DNA of 32,000 bases. Source: Methanobacteriaceae archaeon (GTDB lineage: Archaea; Methanobacteriota; Methanobacteria; Methanobacteriales; Methanobacteriaceae). The notes under the pieces were generated by a model. It was given only the letters and a program-made list of their open reading frames with translations. It was not told the origin of the DNA and searched no databases. Each line of letters begins with the position of its first letter. The first letter of the stretch is position 1. This document shows, in pieces, positions 1 through 9,158 of the stretch. The DNA lies in the NCBI GenBank assembly GCA_003558085.1, contig PWMT01000168.1, forward strand, positions 1 to 32,000, written 5' to 3'. The translations under genes were made by a program, and so were the position numbers.

Positions 1-1700
1 CAGGTAGTGAAATAATTTATTATGCGGAAGATATGGATTTATCTGAAGATCTGGAGATATGTGGATTGTGTTGCAGTGCTATAGAATTAGGTAGAGTTTC
101 GTCTAAAACTAAAATTGTAGGTCCTATTTCCCGACAATTGATGTTCATCAAATCAGGAATTCCTGATGTGGTGGTTTTAGATGAACAATGCATAAGATCT
201 GATATATTCGAATTATGTTTACAAAATAACATTCCTATATTAACTACCACAGATAAGTGCTCGCTAGGCTTATCAGATGTGACCAGTAAAAAGTCATCGG
301 AAATAATTAATGAAATCATAAGCGGAAATCTACCTGGAGTATTAATCCAAGACATGGAAAAATTAGGAAAAGTAGCTGTAGAATTATCCCTTGCAGTTAA
401 AAGATTGCGTGAACATTCTAAAAATGAGAATAATGAATTGATGGGTAAAGATTCTATTGAAAAGGATGTTAGTGCATGTTACATATGTAAATCATGCGCT
501 GATGAATCTGATATGAGTGAAACCATCCCCCTTAAAGAAAAATTTTTAAATCAAGAATATGAAGACCCTGAAACTCTCATCCAACAGTGTTTAGAATGTG
601 GACAGTGCGATAGAACCTGTCCAGCAATGTTACCCATAACCCAATCATTTTCAGAAGCTAAAAATGAAAATAATTCACTATTAGCCAGTCTTTATAGTAA
701 ATGTGTGGGTTGTGGTAGATGTACAGAATCTTGTAGCCAGGAAATGCCCATTGTAGACTTGATTCGCTGGGCTGCCCAGCAAGAAATTGCCCAGGAAAAA
801 TATTTGATAAGATCTGGTCGAGGACCAATACAGGATGTAGAAATACGTAAAGTGGGAGCACCTATAGTATTTGGAGACATACCCGGAGTTATTGTTCTGG
901 CCGGATGTTCGAATTACAGCCAGGGCGGGAAAGAAGTAGCCCTAATAGCAGAAGAATATGTAAAAAGAGGTTATATAGTAGTTGCTTCTGGTTGTGCAGC
1001 CATGGATATAGCCTTATATAAAGATGATGAAGGTAAAACCCTTTATGAAAAATATTCAGGTGATTTTGATAAAGGAGGTCTTCTTAATTTAGGACCCTGC
1101 GTGGCCAATGCTCACGCCATAGGTAGTGCTATCAAAATAGCCAATATATTTGCCAAAGTACCCTTGGAAAACAATTTCATAGATATAGCTGATTATATTA
1201 TCAACCGTATCGGGGTTTGTGTAATAGCTTGGGGCGCTATGTCGCAAAAAGCATTCGCCATTACTACTGGTGCAAATCGGTGGGGAATACCCGTCATTAT
1301 TGGACCTCAAGCATCCAAGTATCGTCGATTATATGTGGGGGATGAGGGAGAAGCAAGAATTATAAACGATAAGAGAAACCAGGAAACATTACTTAGTGAA
1401 CCCGCCCCTTTACATTTATCTTATGCTGCAGAGAGTTTAAATGAGTGTATGGTGCTCACCGCCAAGATGTGTATCAGACCCAATGATAATCCTAAGGGCA
1501 GGATGATTAAATTGACCAATTATGTGGATCTGCATAAAAAATATTATGGTTGTTTACCCTTAGATTTGCATCAATACATTAGAGATGAAAAGGAGATACC
1601 CTTTAAAGATAAAAACGAAATTTTAAAACAACTGGATAAAGTTAATTGGAAAGCTCGAACTAGGGCTCATGAACCATCTCTACTGGATAAGGTAGATTAA
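1..1700 (+). CDS. cdhA: CO dehydrogenase catalytic subunit, CdhA-type (Ni-Fe CODH/prismane family); 5' end lies outside the window
   Basis: The reading frame is open from nt 3 (GSEIIYYAED precedes the first Met at 33), so the gene is 5'-partial. Two ferredoxin-type motifs (CLECGQCDRTCP, CVGCGRCTESCS) are inserted in a CODH/prismane-like scaffold (LAGCSNY, GCAAMDIA, LGPCVANAHAIGSAIK). This is the arrangement of archaeal CdhA alpha subunits. Confidence 0.75.
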   Translation, partial: GSEIIYYAEDMDLSEDLEICGLCCSAIELGRVSSKTKIVGPISRQLMFIKSGIPDVVVLDEQCIRSDIFELCLQNNIPILTTTDKCSLGLSDVTSKKSSEIINEIISGNLPGVLIQDMEKLGKVAVELSLAVKRLREHSKNENNELMGKDSIEKDVSACYICKSCADESDMSETIPLKEKFLNQEYEDPETLIQQCLECGQCDRTCPAMLPITQSFSEAKNENNSLLASLYSKCVGCGRCTESCSQEMPIVDLIRWAAQQEIAQEKYLIRSGRGPIQDVEIRKVGAPIVFGDIPGVIVLAGCSNYSQGGKEVALIAEEYVKRGYIVVASGCAAMDIALYKDDEGKTLYEKYSGDFDKGGLLNLGPCVANAHAIGSAIKIANIFAKVPLENNFIDIADYIINRIGVCVIAWGAMSQKAFAITTGANRWGIPVIIGPQASKYRRLYVGDEGEARIINDKRNQETLLSEPAPLHLSYAAESLNECMVLTAKMCIRPNDNPKGRMIKLTNYVDLHKKYYGCLPLDLHQYIRDEKEIPFKDKNEILKQLDKVNWKARTRAHEPSLLDKVD

Positions 1701-1755
1701 ATCTCTATCTTATCTATTTATAAAAAATGATTAGCTATTTTTCGGTGCTATACTT

Positions 1756-2148
1756 ATGAATCCCTATATCAATCTTAAAGATCCTTTAAAATGTTCTAAA
1801 TGTAACCTTTGTATGGTCCGATGTAGGCAAACTCATGGTGAAAGTAGAATATTAAGTGTGGACTCTATTCCCCATATCTGTATACAGTGTGAAGATGTTC
1901 CTTGCCAAAAAGCTTGCCGGGTAGGGGCTATCTATCTTAAAGAAGGTATAGCTATAGTAGATGAAGAAAAGTGTGTTGCTTGTAAAATGTGTTTAGATGC
2001 TTGTCCTCATCAGGGAATGTACATTAAAGATTTAATGGTCTATAAATGCACCTTATGTCTAGATTCGGATTTACTGATTCCGGCCTGTATAGAAGCATGT
2101 CCTAATAAAATTCTAGAGGTAAAATGCAGGAAAGAGGAAGATGAATAA
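1756..2148 (+). CDS. CooF/HycB-like poly-[4Fe-4S] ferredoxin (about 4 cluster-binding motifs)
   Basis: The 130-aa product has four Cys clusters: CSKCNLCMVRC, CIQCEDVPCQKAC, CVACKMCLDACP and CTLC...CIEACP. It starts 55 nt after the cdhA-like stop on the same strand. Confidence 0.8.
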   Translation: MNPYINLKDPLKCSKCNLCMVRCRQTHGESRILSVDSIPHICIQCEDVPCQKACRVGAIYLKEGIAIVDEEKCVACKMCLDACPHQGMYIKDLMVYKCTLCLDSDLLIPACIEACPNKILEVKCRKEEDE

Positions 2149-2237
2149 AAAAGTGCATTAAATTATTCTGACTACTTAAAATCAGGGTGTTTTAGGAGAT
2201 TAATGCTAAATATTTTCTTTAAAAAAAAATAAAATTG

Positions 2238-2259
2238 GCAGTCAGATTGACTGCTTTTT
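2238..2259. terminator. Hairpin plus T-tract between convergent genes (candidate bidirectional terminator)
   Basis: GCAGTCA-gat-TGACTGC is a 7-bp stem (2238-2254). It is followed by TTTTT on the plus strand and preceded by an A9 run (T-run on the minus strand). It lies between the ferredoxin (+) and mtd (-) stops. Confidence 0.5.
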
Positions 2260-2264
2260 AATAT

Positions 2265-3095
2265 TTATTTTGGTTTTTCCATTAAATCTATTTTAGTAAT
2301 GGTTTGTCCTTCTCCACCATGTGGATTTCTGAAAACAGTGTTATTGGCTTTTTCAATTTCTCGTGCTTCATCAGCTAATTTAGCTGCAATAGCTATCATT
2401 TCATGTGCAGAAGCTACGATAGGTATGTATTTTTCAAAGTCTTGTACCATGAAACAACCTTCCACGTCAATATCAGCTACTTTCGTAGCGATTTCATATG
2501 CGGACATGGCTTTAGCTTTAGCGTATGGGTTAGCGAATTGAGCAGCTTCCACAGCTACATCACGAGATATTACTACTTTAGGTAATTCAATTCCTTTTCC
2601 AGCTTCACTATCAGCTATTACAGCATCAATAGTATTTTGAACTACGCGGTAAGCGCCAGTTAAAGCTAATACTTTAATTACATCAGCATTGAATGAGGCC
2701 ATTTCGGTAGGATCTAGGAATTCTCTTCTAGCTCCAATCATTGGATCTGCTTTAACGATAATGTAACCTACACCTTGTTCATCCATCTCGTCTTTGGATC
2801 TTAATCCTGGAGCATCCCCAATGATGATAGCTGGTACATCTGCATCTGCTAATATTTCTCTAGCTTTAGCAGGGCCGGGAGCACCAGGGTTGGGACTTAT
2901 AAATATTACAAAGTCCCTATCCATTTCAAGCATCATAGGTACGGCGTTTTCAATCTCTTCAGGGTTCATCTTAGCTCCGGAACCTATAACGCGAACGTCA
3001 ATGTTGGGACGGTCTGCTCTTTCATCTAATAATAAGTCCAAGACCGGAGATGTACCAATATTACCACATTTAATTATACCAATTTTTACAACCAT
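2265..3095 (-). CDS. mtd: F420-dependent methylenetetrahydromethanopterin dehydrogenase
   Basis: The product MVVKIGIIKCGNIGTSPVLDLLLDERADRPNIDVRVIGSGAKM... is recognisable as Mtd. I place the start at ATG 3095, not the track's 3125, because a perfect GGTGATC Shine-Dalgarno sequence lies 2 nt upstream of that ATG. Confidence 0.9.
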   Translation of the reverse strand: MVVKIGIIKCGNIGTSPVLDLLLDERADRPNIDVRVIGSGAKMNPEEIENAVPMMLEMDRDFVIFISPNPGAPGPAKAREILADADVPAIIIGDAPGLRSKDEMDEQGVGYIIVKADPMIGARREFLDPTEMASFNADVIKVLALTGAYRVVQNTIDAVIADSEAGKGIELPKVVISRDVAVEAAQFANPYAKAKAMSAYEIATKVADIDVEGCFMVQDFEKYIPIVASAHEMIAIAAKLADEAREIEKANNTVFRNPHGGEGQTITKIDLMEKPK

Positions 3096-3285
3096 TAGAT
3101 CACCAAAAAAATTTATTCCCCCCATAAGTAAGTACTTTTTGATTTAATTGTTTTAATTAACTTTTTATATGATGAAAGTAGCATGAAAAAATCCTATATA
3201 ATTTTTATCTTTTCAGGATATTCCCCAAGATAAGCTGGTTTTAAACAAATTATATAAGAATTTGGCTATATAGCACCTTTAGCAC

Positions 3286-3708
3286 TTATTTCAGCTTATA
3301 AATTACCAAGGCATTTCCGCTGTATATTTGATTAAAAATATCTTTTTTCATTTTTATCTCACCCAGAGAAGGATCTGCTAAGTATACTTTATCATTGCTA
3401 ATTTTTCTTATAACACTATAATGGGAGCTTCCATTGAGTTTAATGAAGACTATATTATTGGTTTTAAGATTTTCTAGACCTAAACGCATACCCCATGCCC
3501 CCAATCCTTTTTTTCTAGCCGCCTGAATAAGTCCATACATGCTGGTGCCGCTTTCATCAGTTCCTGCTATTTGTGCTAATTCCATTTCACTGCAATCAAT
3601 TCCTTGAGCTTTGATTACTGTGGCCAGAGCTGCTGGTCCGCAGTTATAATTAGTGCTTTGCATTACAATATCTTGATAGGTCTCCCCCTTATCATTAATA
3701 CTAATCAC
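3286..3708 (-). CDS. Stand-alone papain-fold cysteine peptidase, C39-like domain
   Basis: The C39-like triad context is present: Q-x5-C (MQSTNYNCGPAAL), His (GSSHYSVI) and Asp (LADPSLG). The 140-aa product has no signal peptide or TM segment and no fused ABC-transporter domain. The start is uncertain: GTG at 3708 or the in-frame ATG 45 nt downstream. Confidence 0.6.
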   Translation of the reverse strand: MISINDKGETYQDIVMQSTNYNCGPAALATVIKAQGIDCSEMELAQIAGTDESGTSMYGLIQAARKKGLGAWGMRLGLENLKTNNIVFIKLNGSSHYSVIRKISNDKVYLADPSLGEIKMKKDIFNQIYSGNALVIYKLK

Positions 3709-3822
3709 CTACTTTAGTAATAAATATAATAGGGAGACCCCACTATTTAATAATTATCATTTTAAAATTATTACTCACACTGACTCTAAAATCAAAAATC
3801 TTAAAAAGAATAAAATTAGCAC

Positions 3823-4893
3823 CTATCTATACCGTGAACGTGCTTCCCATATTTTTTTAAAACTCTTAAAACCTGACTTGGTGGTTTTTTCTTTAGAAAA
3901 GTTATTGATTAAGTATACACATTTTTTTACTGCTTTTTCTGCATCTTGCAGTAGATCTTTTGATTTAGGTTTTTTTAAATCAGGTAAATACTTAGGAATA
4001 TCACATATAGCAGCCACCGGAATTCCCACCTTTTTAGAAATATCCACACTACTATGTTTATCATGGAACCCGGAAATTTTAATCGCTGGTGTCTCTAAAG
4101 CTGCTGCTTCCAGAGTTATGCCCATACCTGCTCCATAAACGATTGCTTTAGAAGCATTCATTATACTAGGTAGATCTACAAAACCTTCCAAGACAATGAT
4201 TCGGGAAGATTTGATCATGCTTCTAATTTTAGAGCTATCAAAACGAAACGGTACAATTAAAACTGGAAAATTCAATGATTCCATTGTTTTTATTAGAACC
4301 GGTAATTGATTTGGTTTTAGATCTCCCCCTAATACCAGGAGAATAAAATCTTCTACACCATATTTATCTATGATTGCAGCAGGATCTTCTAAAGACAAAC
4401 TTTTTATATAAGAAACTGCAGGATATCCTCCGATGTTCTGCACATTTTTAAGCTGATAATTTTTTTCTAGATAATTTTTATAATATGGGGAAGGGGCGGT
4501 AACCATCTCAGCAAAAGCTATAGTCTCTATAGGATTATATATATCCTGTTCCAAGTGTAAAACCGGAATTTTCAGTATATTAGCAGCGCATAACCCCTTA
4601 CGAACATCCCCCGCGTTTCCGCAAGTTAAAAGTAAATCTATTTTCTTACCCTTTAAAGCCTTTACTGCTTTTAAAATATCCTTTAATACTAGATAAGCTA
4701 TTTTAGACCGACTTCTTTTTTGAAAACCAGACCCACGGCCAGTTCCAATAAAATGGATCTCGTTGCAGTATGATTTTAATATCTGATCGGCTCCTGTACC
4801 ATGACTTAAGCCGATACAATCCACATCTAAATTATATAAAATTGGAGCTAATGTTCTAGCTGGAGCAGCTTCACCAGCGACCGCAATTCTCAT
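3823..4893 (-). CDS. Putative GT-B-fold glycosyltransferase-like protein (MurG/DUF354-like; family not firmly recognised)
   Basis: The 356-aa product has a two-Rossmann-like layout. Its C-terminal segment IVYGAGMGITLEAAALETPAIKI resembles the nucleotide-sugar-binding helix region of GT-B enzymes. A GAGGATGA SD-like sequence lies upstream of the ATG. Confidence 0.45.
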   Translation of the reverse strand: MRIAVAGEAAPARTLAPILYNLDVDCIGLSHGTGADQILKSYCNEIHFIGTGRGSGFQKRSRSKIAYLVLKDILKAVKALKGKKIDLLLTCGNAGDVRKGLCAANILKIPVLHLEQDIYNPIETIAFAEMVTAPSPYYKNYLEKNYQLKNVQNIGGYPAVSYIKSLSLEDPAAIIDKYGVEDFILLVLGGDLKPNQLPVLIKTMESLNFPVLIVPFRFDSSKIRSMIKSSRIIVLEGFVDLPSIMNASKAIVYGAGMGITLEAAALETPAIKISGFHDKHSSVDISKKVGIPVAAICDIPKYLPDLKKPKSKDLLQDAEKAVKKCVYLINNFSKEKTTKSGFKSFKKIWEARSRYR

Positions 4894-4916
4894 AATTCAT
4901 CCTCAAAATTCTTATA

Positions 4917-6095
4917 TCAAAACTTTTCTAATTTAAATTTTCGTTTAATTTGTAATAGAATAAATATAATCAGTATGACTGAAATAGCATAAAATATCCA
5001 TACAACCAGATCTGTAGGTCCGGTTTCGATCCAAACTAAAGTGTGGGACAAAATTATAGCATAAAAGGCTGTGAAAACACCTTTTTTGTATACCTGTATA
5101 ATGTGCATTAATTTTAAAATTAAACCTAAAAAAAGCATTTGCACTGCTAGGCCCCATGTTCCAAAATCCAGAAGTGCAGGACCCCATATAGTGGAAGTAC
5201 TGGAGTGACGATAACCCAATACTGCTTCTCCAATGATTACTCGAGGATCTACAGATTGAAAATAGCCGGTTAAGGTATAATAAAATAAAGAGCCCTGTGT
5301 AGATCCTTTTAGAGGTATTAACTGGTCAAAAACATTTAATGTATATCCTGCTCGGTATAAAAATAATTCTAATGGATTCAAAGACCATTGCTGCCATTCA
5401 ATAGATTGAACTGCCACATAACCAACCACTAATACTAAAAACAGTATAGAAGCTATGAATATCAGAATATAAGTCCCTTTAAATTCACGAGTATAATATA
5501 AGGTGATAAAAGCAGATAATAAGATGACTACGGTAGTGGTTCTATATCCAGTCAAGGCAAATAATAATATTCCTAAAGCCAATAAAATATAGTATTTTTT
5601 ATTAGGATACTTGGCTAATAATATGTTAATTCCTGGTAAAAATATTAGATAAGAAAGTAGCCATATTTTGGTAACCGCTGTGGCCTTCAAATGGCCACTA
5701 AGAAGAGGTATTCCCCCGGAAGAATAAATATTCCCAAGTTGTAAAACTAAACCCCCTATTACCAATGCCAATATTATTTTTTCAACAGGAAAATCTATTT
5801 TAGATTTAAATTCTCTTTTAGAATTACCTAAAAATTGCCTATAAGAAGTTAAATTAAATTTAGATGGAAATATTTTATGCAAAATTAAGGGCAAATTAAT
5901 TCCCAGCAAGTAAAACAAAGACCCAAAAAATATATAAAAATATAAATCGATGGAAGGACTTATAAGACCTCGAATTTGATAGTGAAAGGCCAGATAAGCT
6001 AAAAGAATATACAATAAGGTTATCAAGAGCAATAGATATGGAGAAAAGATATCTATTTTATTTAACGCACTGAATTTTAATTTGTGGAAGAACAT
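4917..6095 (-). CDS. Polytopic membrane protein, Wzy/oligosaccharide-repeat-unit-polymerase-like
   Basis: The 392-aa product has roughly 10-12 hydrophobic segments and one larger loop (SIEWQQWSLNPLELFLYRAGY...). The size and topology resemble O-antigen/oligosaccharide polymerases. The gene is 23 nt upstream of the GT-like gene on the same strand. Confidence 0.5.
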   Translation of the reverse strand: MFFHKLKFSALNKIDIFSPYLLLLITLLYILLAYLAFHYQIRGLISPSIDLYFYIFFGSLFYLLGINLPLILHKIFPSKFNLTSYRQFLGNSKREFKSKIDFPVEKIILALVIGGLVLQLGNIYSSGGIPLLSGHLKATAVTKIWLLSYLIFLPGINILLAKYPNKKYYILLALGILLFALTGYRTTTVVILLSAFITLYYTREFKGTYILIFIASILFLVLVVGYVAVQSIEWQQWSLNPLELFLYRAGYTLNVFDQLIPLKGSTQGSLFYYTLTGYFQSVDPRVIIGEAVLGYRHSSTSTIWGPALLDFGTWGLAVQMLFLGLILKLMHIIQVYKKGVFTAFYAIILSHTLVWIETGPTDLVVWIFYAISVILIIFILLQIKRKFKLEKF

Positions 6096-6114
6096 TTTAT
6101 CGTATCTAGATTAT

Positions 6115-7461
6115 TCATAGTTCTGCGGCATGCTGGATAAAATTTGAAGCAAAAGTAGGATAGGAAGCAGTATGGGTATGCACGTAACTAGCTAAAGTAT
6201 TATTATCCATTATTCCATCATTAGTATTCATAATTCCCTTACCCCTTAAAATTTGAAAGGCAAACTTTGCAGGATGGGAAATATTTATACATGAGTAGTG
6301 AAATTCATGTCCTCGTATAATTTCTCCTTTTTGGCTTATAATATTGTCTTCCTGGGTTTTAGCAATAACATAACTCAAACCCTGTACTTTAGAACGCATA
6401 TCAGCCGTGTAAGGAAAAACTCCGCACATTTGATGCTGATTAACAGATTTCATAAGATAAATTAATCCACCACATTCAGCATAGATAGGATGTTTTTCCA
6501 GATGAAATTTTTTAATAGATTGGCGCATAGAATGATTAGATTCCAATTCCTTGGAGAATACCTCAGGATAACCTCCCCCAATATAAAGGGCATCGACATC
6601 AGGTAATTCTTCATCATGATAGGGGCTGAAAGGGACTATATGGGCATTATTATCCTCTAAAGACTCAATATTTTCTGGATAGTAAAAGGTGAAAACTTCA
6701 TCCCAAGCCACCCCAATTTTAACTCTTGGGGCTTTCACCTTTCTCCATAAAATCTCTCTATGGGAAGGAATCTTTCCTGCGTTGTGCATAATATTCAAAA
6801 GTGCCTCCAAATCAATATTTTCTTGCACTGCCTGACTCCATTTTTCAATAAAACTATATAAGTTTTCTCTCTCCACAGCAGGTACCAGGCCCAAATGTCT
6901 TTCTTCTACGGTCAATTTTTCATCCCGGGGGATTCCTCCTATAACAGGAGTATCAGTAAAAGTTTCTACAGCTTCTTTTGTCTTTAAATAATGAGCTTTA
7001 TTTTTGACTTGGTTTAAAATAATACCTTCGATTCTAATTTGAGGATCCAAAGTTTTAAATCCCAAAACAACTGCAGCTGCACTTTTTACCAAACTGCGGG
7101 AATTTAATATTAAAATCACAGGAGAATTCAAAGCTTTAGCAATAGATGCGGTGTTTCCCACATCCTTGATAGGACTTATACCTTCATAAAGACCCCTTAC
7201 CCCTTCAATGATTCCTGATTGAGATTTGGATATTTTTAATCCTCGATGAAAAGCTTCTCTTATCTGTCCTGGGGACATGAAAAAGGAATCCAGGTTCCTA
7301 GATTTATTTCCCGTAGCCAGAGTATGATAAGTAGGATCAATATAATCCGGACCTACTTTAAAAGGTTGAATTTTTATCTCATCGGATAATGCTTTCATTA
7401 TTCCCGTGGAAATAGTGGTTTTTCCCACTCCACTACCAGTACCTGCCAGAACAATTCTCAT
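6115..7461 (-). CDS. Tetrapyrrole a,c-diamide synthase, CbiA/CfbB family (cobyrinate or Ni-sirohydrochlorin a,c-diamide synthase)
   Basis: There is an N-terminal P-loop [16 protein letters not shown] and a C-terminal glutamine-amidotransferase-like domain ([17 protein letters not shown]). The probable start is ATG 7461, giving MRIVLAG, rather than 7482. I cannot tell CbiA from CfbB by eye. Confidence 0.8.
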   Translation of the reverse strand: MRIVLAGTGSGVGKTTISTGIMKALSDEIKIQPFKVGPDYIDPTYHTLATGNKSRNLDSFFMSPGQIREAFHRGLKISKSQSGIIEGVRGLYEGISPIKDVGNTASIAKALNSPVILILNSRSLVKSAAAVVLGFKTLDPQIRIEGIILNQVKNKAHYLKTKEAVETFTDTPVIGGIPRDEKLTVEERHLGLVPAVERENLYSFIEKWSQAVQENIDLEALLNIMHNAGKIPSHREILWRKVKAPRVKIGVAWDEVFTFYYPENIESLEDNNAHIVPFSPYHDEELPDVDALYIGGGYPEVFSKELESNHSMRQSIKKFHLEKHPIYAECGGLIYLMKSVNQHQMCGVFPYTADMRSKVQGLSYVIAKTQEDNIISQKGEIIRGHEFHYSCINISHPAKFAFQILRGKGIMNTNDGIMDNNTLASYVHTHTASYPTFASNFIQHAAEL

Positions 7462-7615
7462 ATTTAAATAATCATTGCACATTTTATTTAAAATTTAGTT
7501 ATCTAGCAAATATTTCTAAATTATCTTATCCATGATATGCAATTAAAACTTATATCATAAAACTACTCCTATGGAGGAAAAAAGGTTAATATGAACTTAA
7601 TAATAATATTATACA

Positions 7616-8734
7616 ATGAATACTTTAGAAAAGATGCAAATCTTAACTGATTCTGCCCAATATGACCTTTGTGATTACGTAAACCATCAAACTAGCTCAT
7701 CCCCGAATCTGCCAGGAATATATAACAGCACTATCAGTTCTGGATGTAAAATACCTATTTTTAAGGTTCTAATGACCAATCAATGTTGTAATGACTGTAA
7801 ATATTGTTTGAATAATTCAAAAAGAAAATTTACTAGAATAGAGCTTAGCCCTGAAGAATTGACTAGGGTATTCCTCAACTATTATCAACAAAAATATGTG
7901 CATGGTTTATTTTTAAGTTCAGGTATATCCAGAGATATTGAAACTTCCATGGGAAAAGTGGTGGAAGTGGCCCGATTATTAAGATTAGAACATGGATATC
8001 AGGACTACATTCATTTAAAAATTATCCCAGGAACATCAAGGGATCTAATTAAAAGAGCTATGGCATTGGCTGATAGAGTAAGTGTAAATATTGAAGCAGC
8101 CACCCCTTCCGGACTCCAGGAAATCAGCTCTACTAAAGATTTTCAAGGAGATATCATACGGCGTTTGAAATGGATAAGGAATATACATAAAAAGGATCCA
8201 CATAAAGCACCATCTGGACAAAGCACCCAATTTATAGTGGGGGCCAATGATGAAAGTGATGAGGACATTCTAAAAAGAGTTAAATGGCTTTATGATAAAT
8301 TTAAAATTAAAAGAAGCTATTTTAGTACTTTTCAATCTTTAGAAGACACGCCTCTTGAAAAAAGGCCCAGTGCTGACCCTGTACGTTCTTCTAGACTTTA
8401 TCAGGCTGATGCTTTACTAAATTCCTATAATTTCAAGCTTAGAGAATTAATTTTTGAGGAAGATGGTGATCTTAATTTGCATCAGGACCCTAAATATTTA
8501 GCTGCCCTGAATATGGACATGTTTCCTGTGGAAATTAATCAAGCTCTATATAAAAATTTAATTAGAGTACCCGGTATCGGTCCTATATCTGCTAGAAGAA
8601 TCATTACCCTAAGAAAAAAACAAGCCTTTGAAAAGGTAGGAGAATTAAAAAAAATCGGTGTGGCAGTAGAAAGAGCTCAACCATTTATAAAAATACAAGG
8701 AACTTATCAGAGTTCATTGGATATTTTTTCTTAG
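7616..8734 (+). CDS. Radical SAM protein with C-terminal helix-hairpin-helix (putative DNA modification/repair radical SAM family)
   Basis: The radical-SAM motif is CNDCKYC, preceded by FKVLMTNQCC. The N-terminus MQILTDSAQYDLC matches my recollection of the TIGR03916-type family. The C-terminal IRVPGIGPISARRIITLRK is an HhH DNA-binding motif. Confidence 0.7.
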   Translation: MNTLEKMQILTDSAQYDLCDYVNHQTSSSPNLPGIYNSTISSGCKIPIFKVLMTNQCCNDCKYCLNNSKRKFTRIELSPEELTRVFLNYYQQKYVHGLFLSSGISRDIETSMGKVVEVARLLRLEHGYQDYIHLKIIPGTSRDLIKRAMALADRVSVNIEAATPSGLQEISSTKDFQGDIIRRLKWIRNIHKKDPHKAPSGQSTQFIVGANDESDEDILKRVKWLYDKFKIKRSYFSTFQSLEDTPLEKRPSADPVRSSRLYQADALLNSYNFKLRELIFEEDGDLNLHQDPKYLAALNMDMFPVEINQALYKNLIRVPGIGPISARRIITLRKKQAFEKVGELKKIGVAVERAQPFIKIQGTYQSSLDIFS

Positions 8735-8777
8735 ATTTCCAAGTGAATATTAAATATTAACTTAGATTATGTTTAAA

Positions 8778-9158
8778 TTATAAATCCTTAAAAAGTTCCC
8801 AAATTTCCGGATATTTTTCCTGAACAGCCTCTTCTATTAGCTCAGAGGCGACTTTGCTAATGCTAAATTCGGGTTGTGTTTTTTTCAAGTAGCGAAGTAC
8901 AGCAGCAGACCTTGCAGACCATAAGGTTATTCTAGGATTTTTTTTAACTTGATTGGTGACCTGCTTTAAGTTTTGAGAATCAATAGATTGCGCTGATGAT
9001 GAGTTTTGAATTTTTTCATTATCTTTATTAATATCAGTTCTATTCTCTTCTTTAATCTGTAAATTTTCCTTGGGTTCTTCCGGAGATCTAGTCTTGGATT
9101 TAATTAAAGCGTCTAAACCCATACCTAGACCAGAAGTTTTTATTCTTTTACGGGCCAT
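8778..9158 (-). CDS. Small partition-adaptor-like protein: ParB-like N-terminal peptide, low-complexity linker and probable ribbon-helix-helix C-terminus (SegB/ParG-like)
   Basis: The ATG overlaps the ParA stop (TAATG). The N-terminus MARKRIKTSGLGMGLDALIKS resembles the ParB/Spo0J LGxGLdAL ParA-interacting peptide. The middle is charged and Q/S/N-rich. The C-terminus RITLWSARSAAVLRYLKK..SISKVASELIEEAVQ has a beta-alpha-alpha pattern. No ParB/Srx box or HTH was seen. Confidence 0.55.
   Translation of the reverse strand: MARKRIKTSGLGMGLDALIKSKTRSPEEPKENLQIKEENRTDINKDNEKIQNSSSAQSIDSQNLKQVTNQVKKNPRITLWSARSAAVLRYLKKTQPEFSISKVASELIEEAVQEKYPEIWELFKDL

Noticed and set aside
20-355. 111-aa minus-strand ORF at the left edge
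   Set aside because: It is entirely antisense to the well-supported cdhA-like frame. It has a low-complexity composition, no motif and no SD. It is a typical shadow ORF.
2794-3147. 117-aa plus-strand ORF (with the 2299-2541 and 2403-2585 ORFs) inside mtd
   Set aside because: These ORFs are antisense to mtd, whose product is unambiguous. Their products are Ser/Ile/Pro-rich with no recognisable domain.
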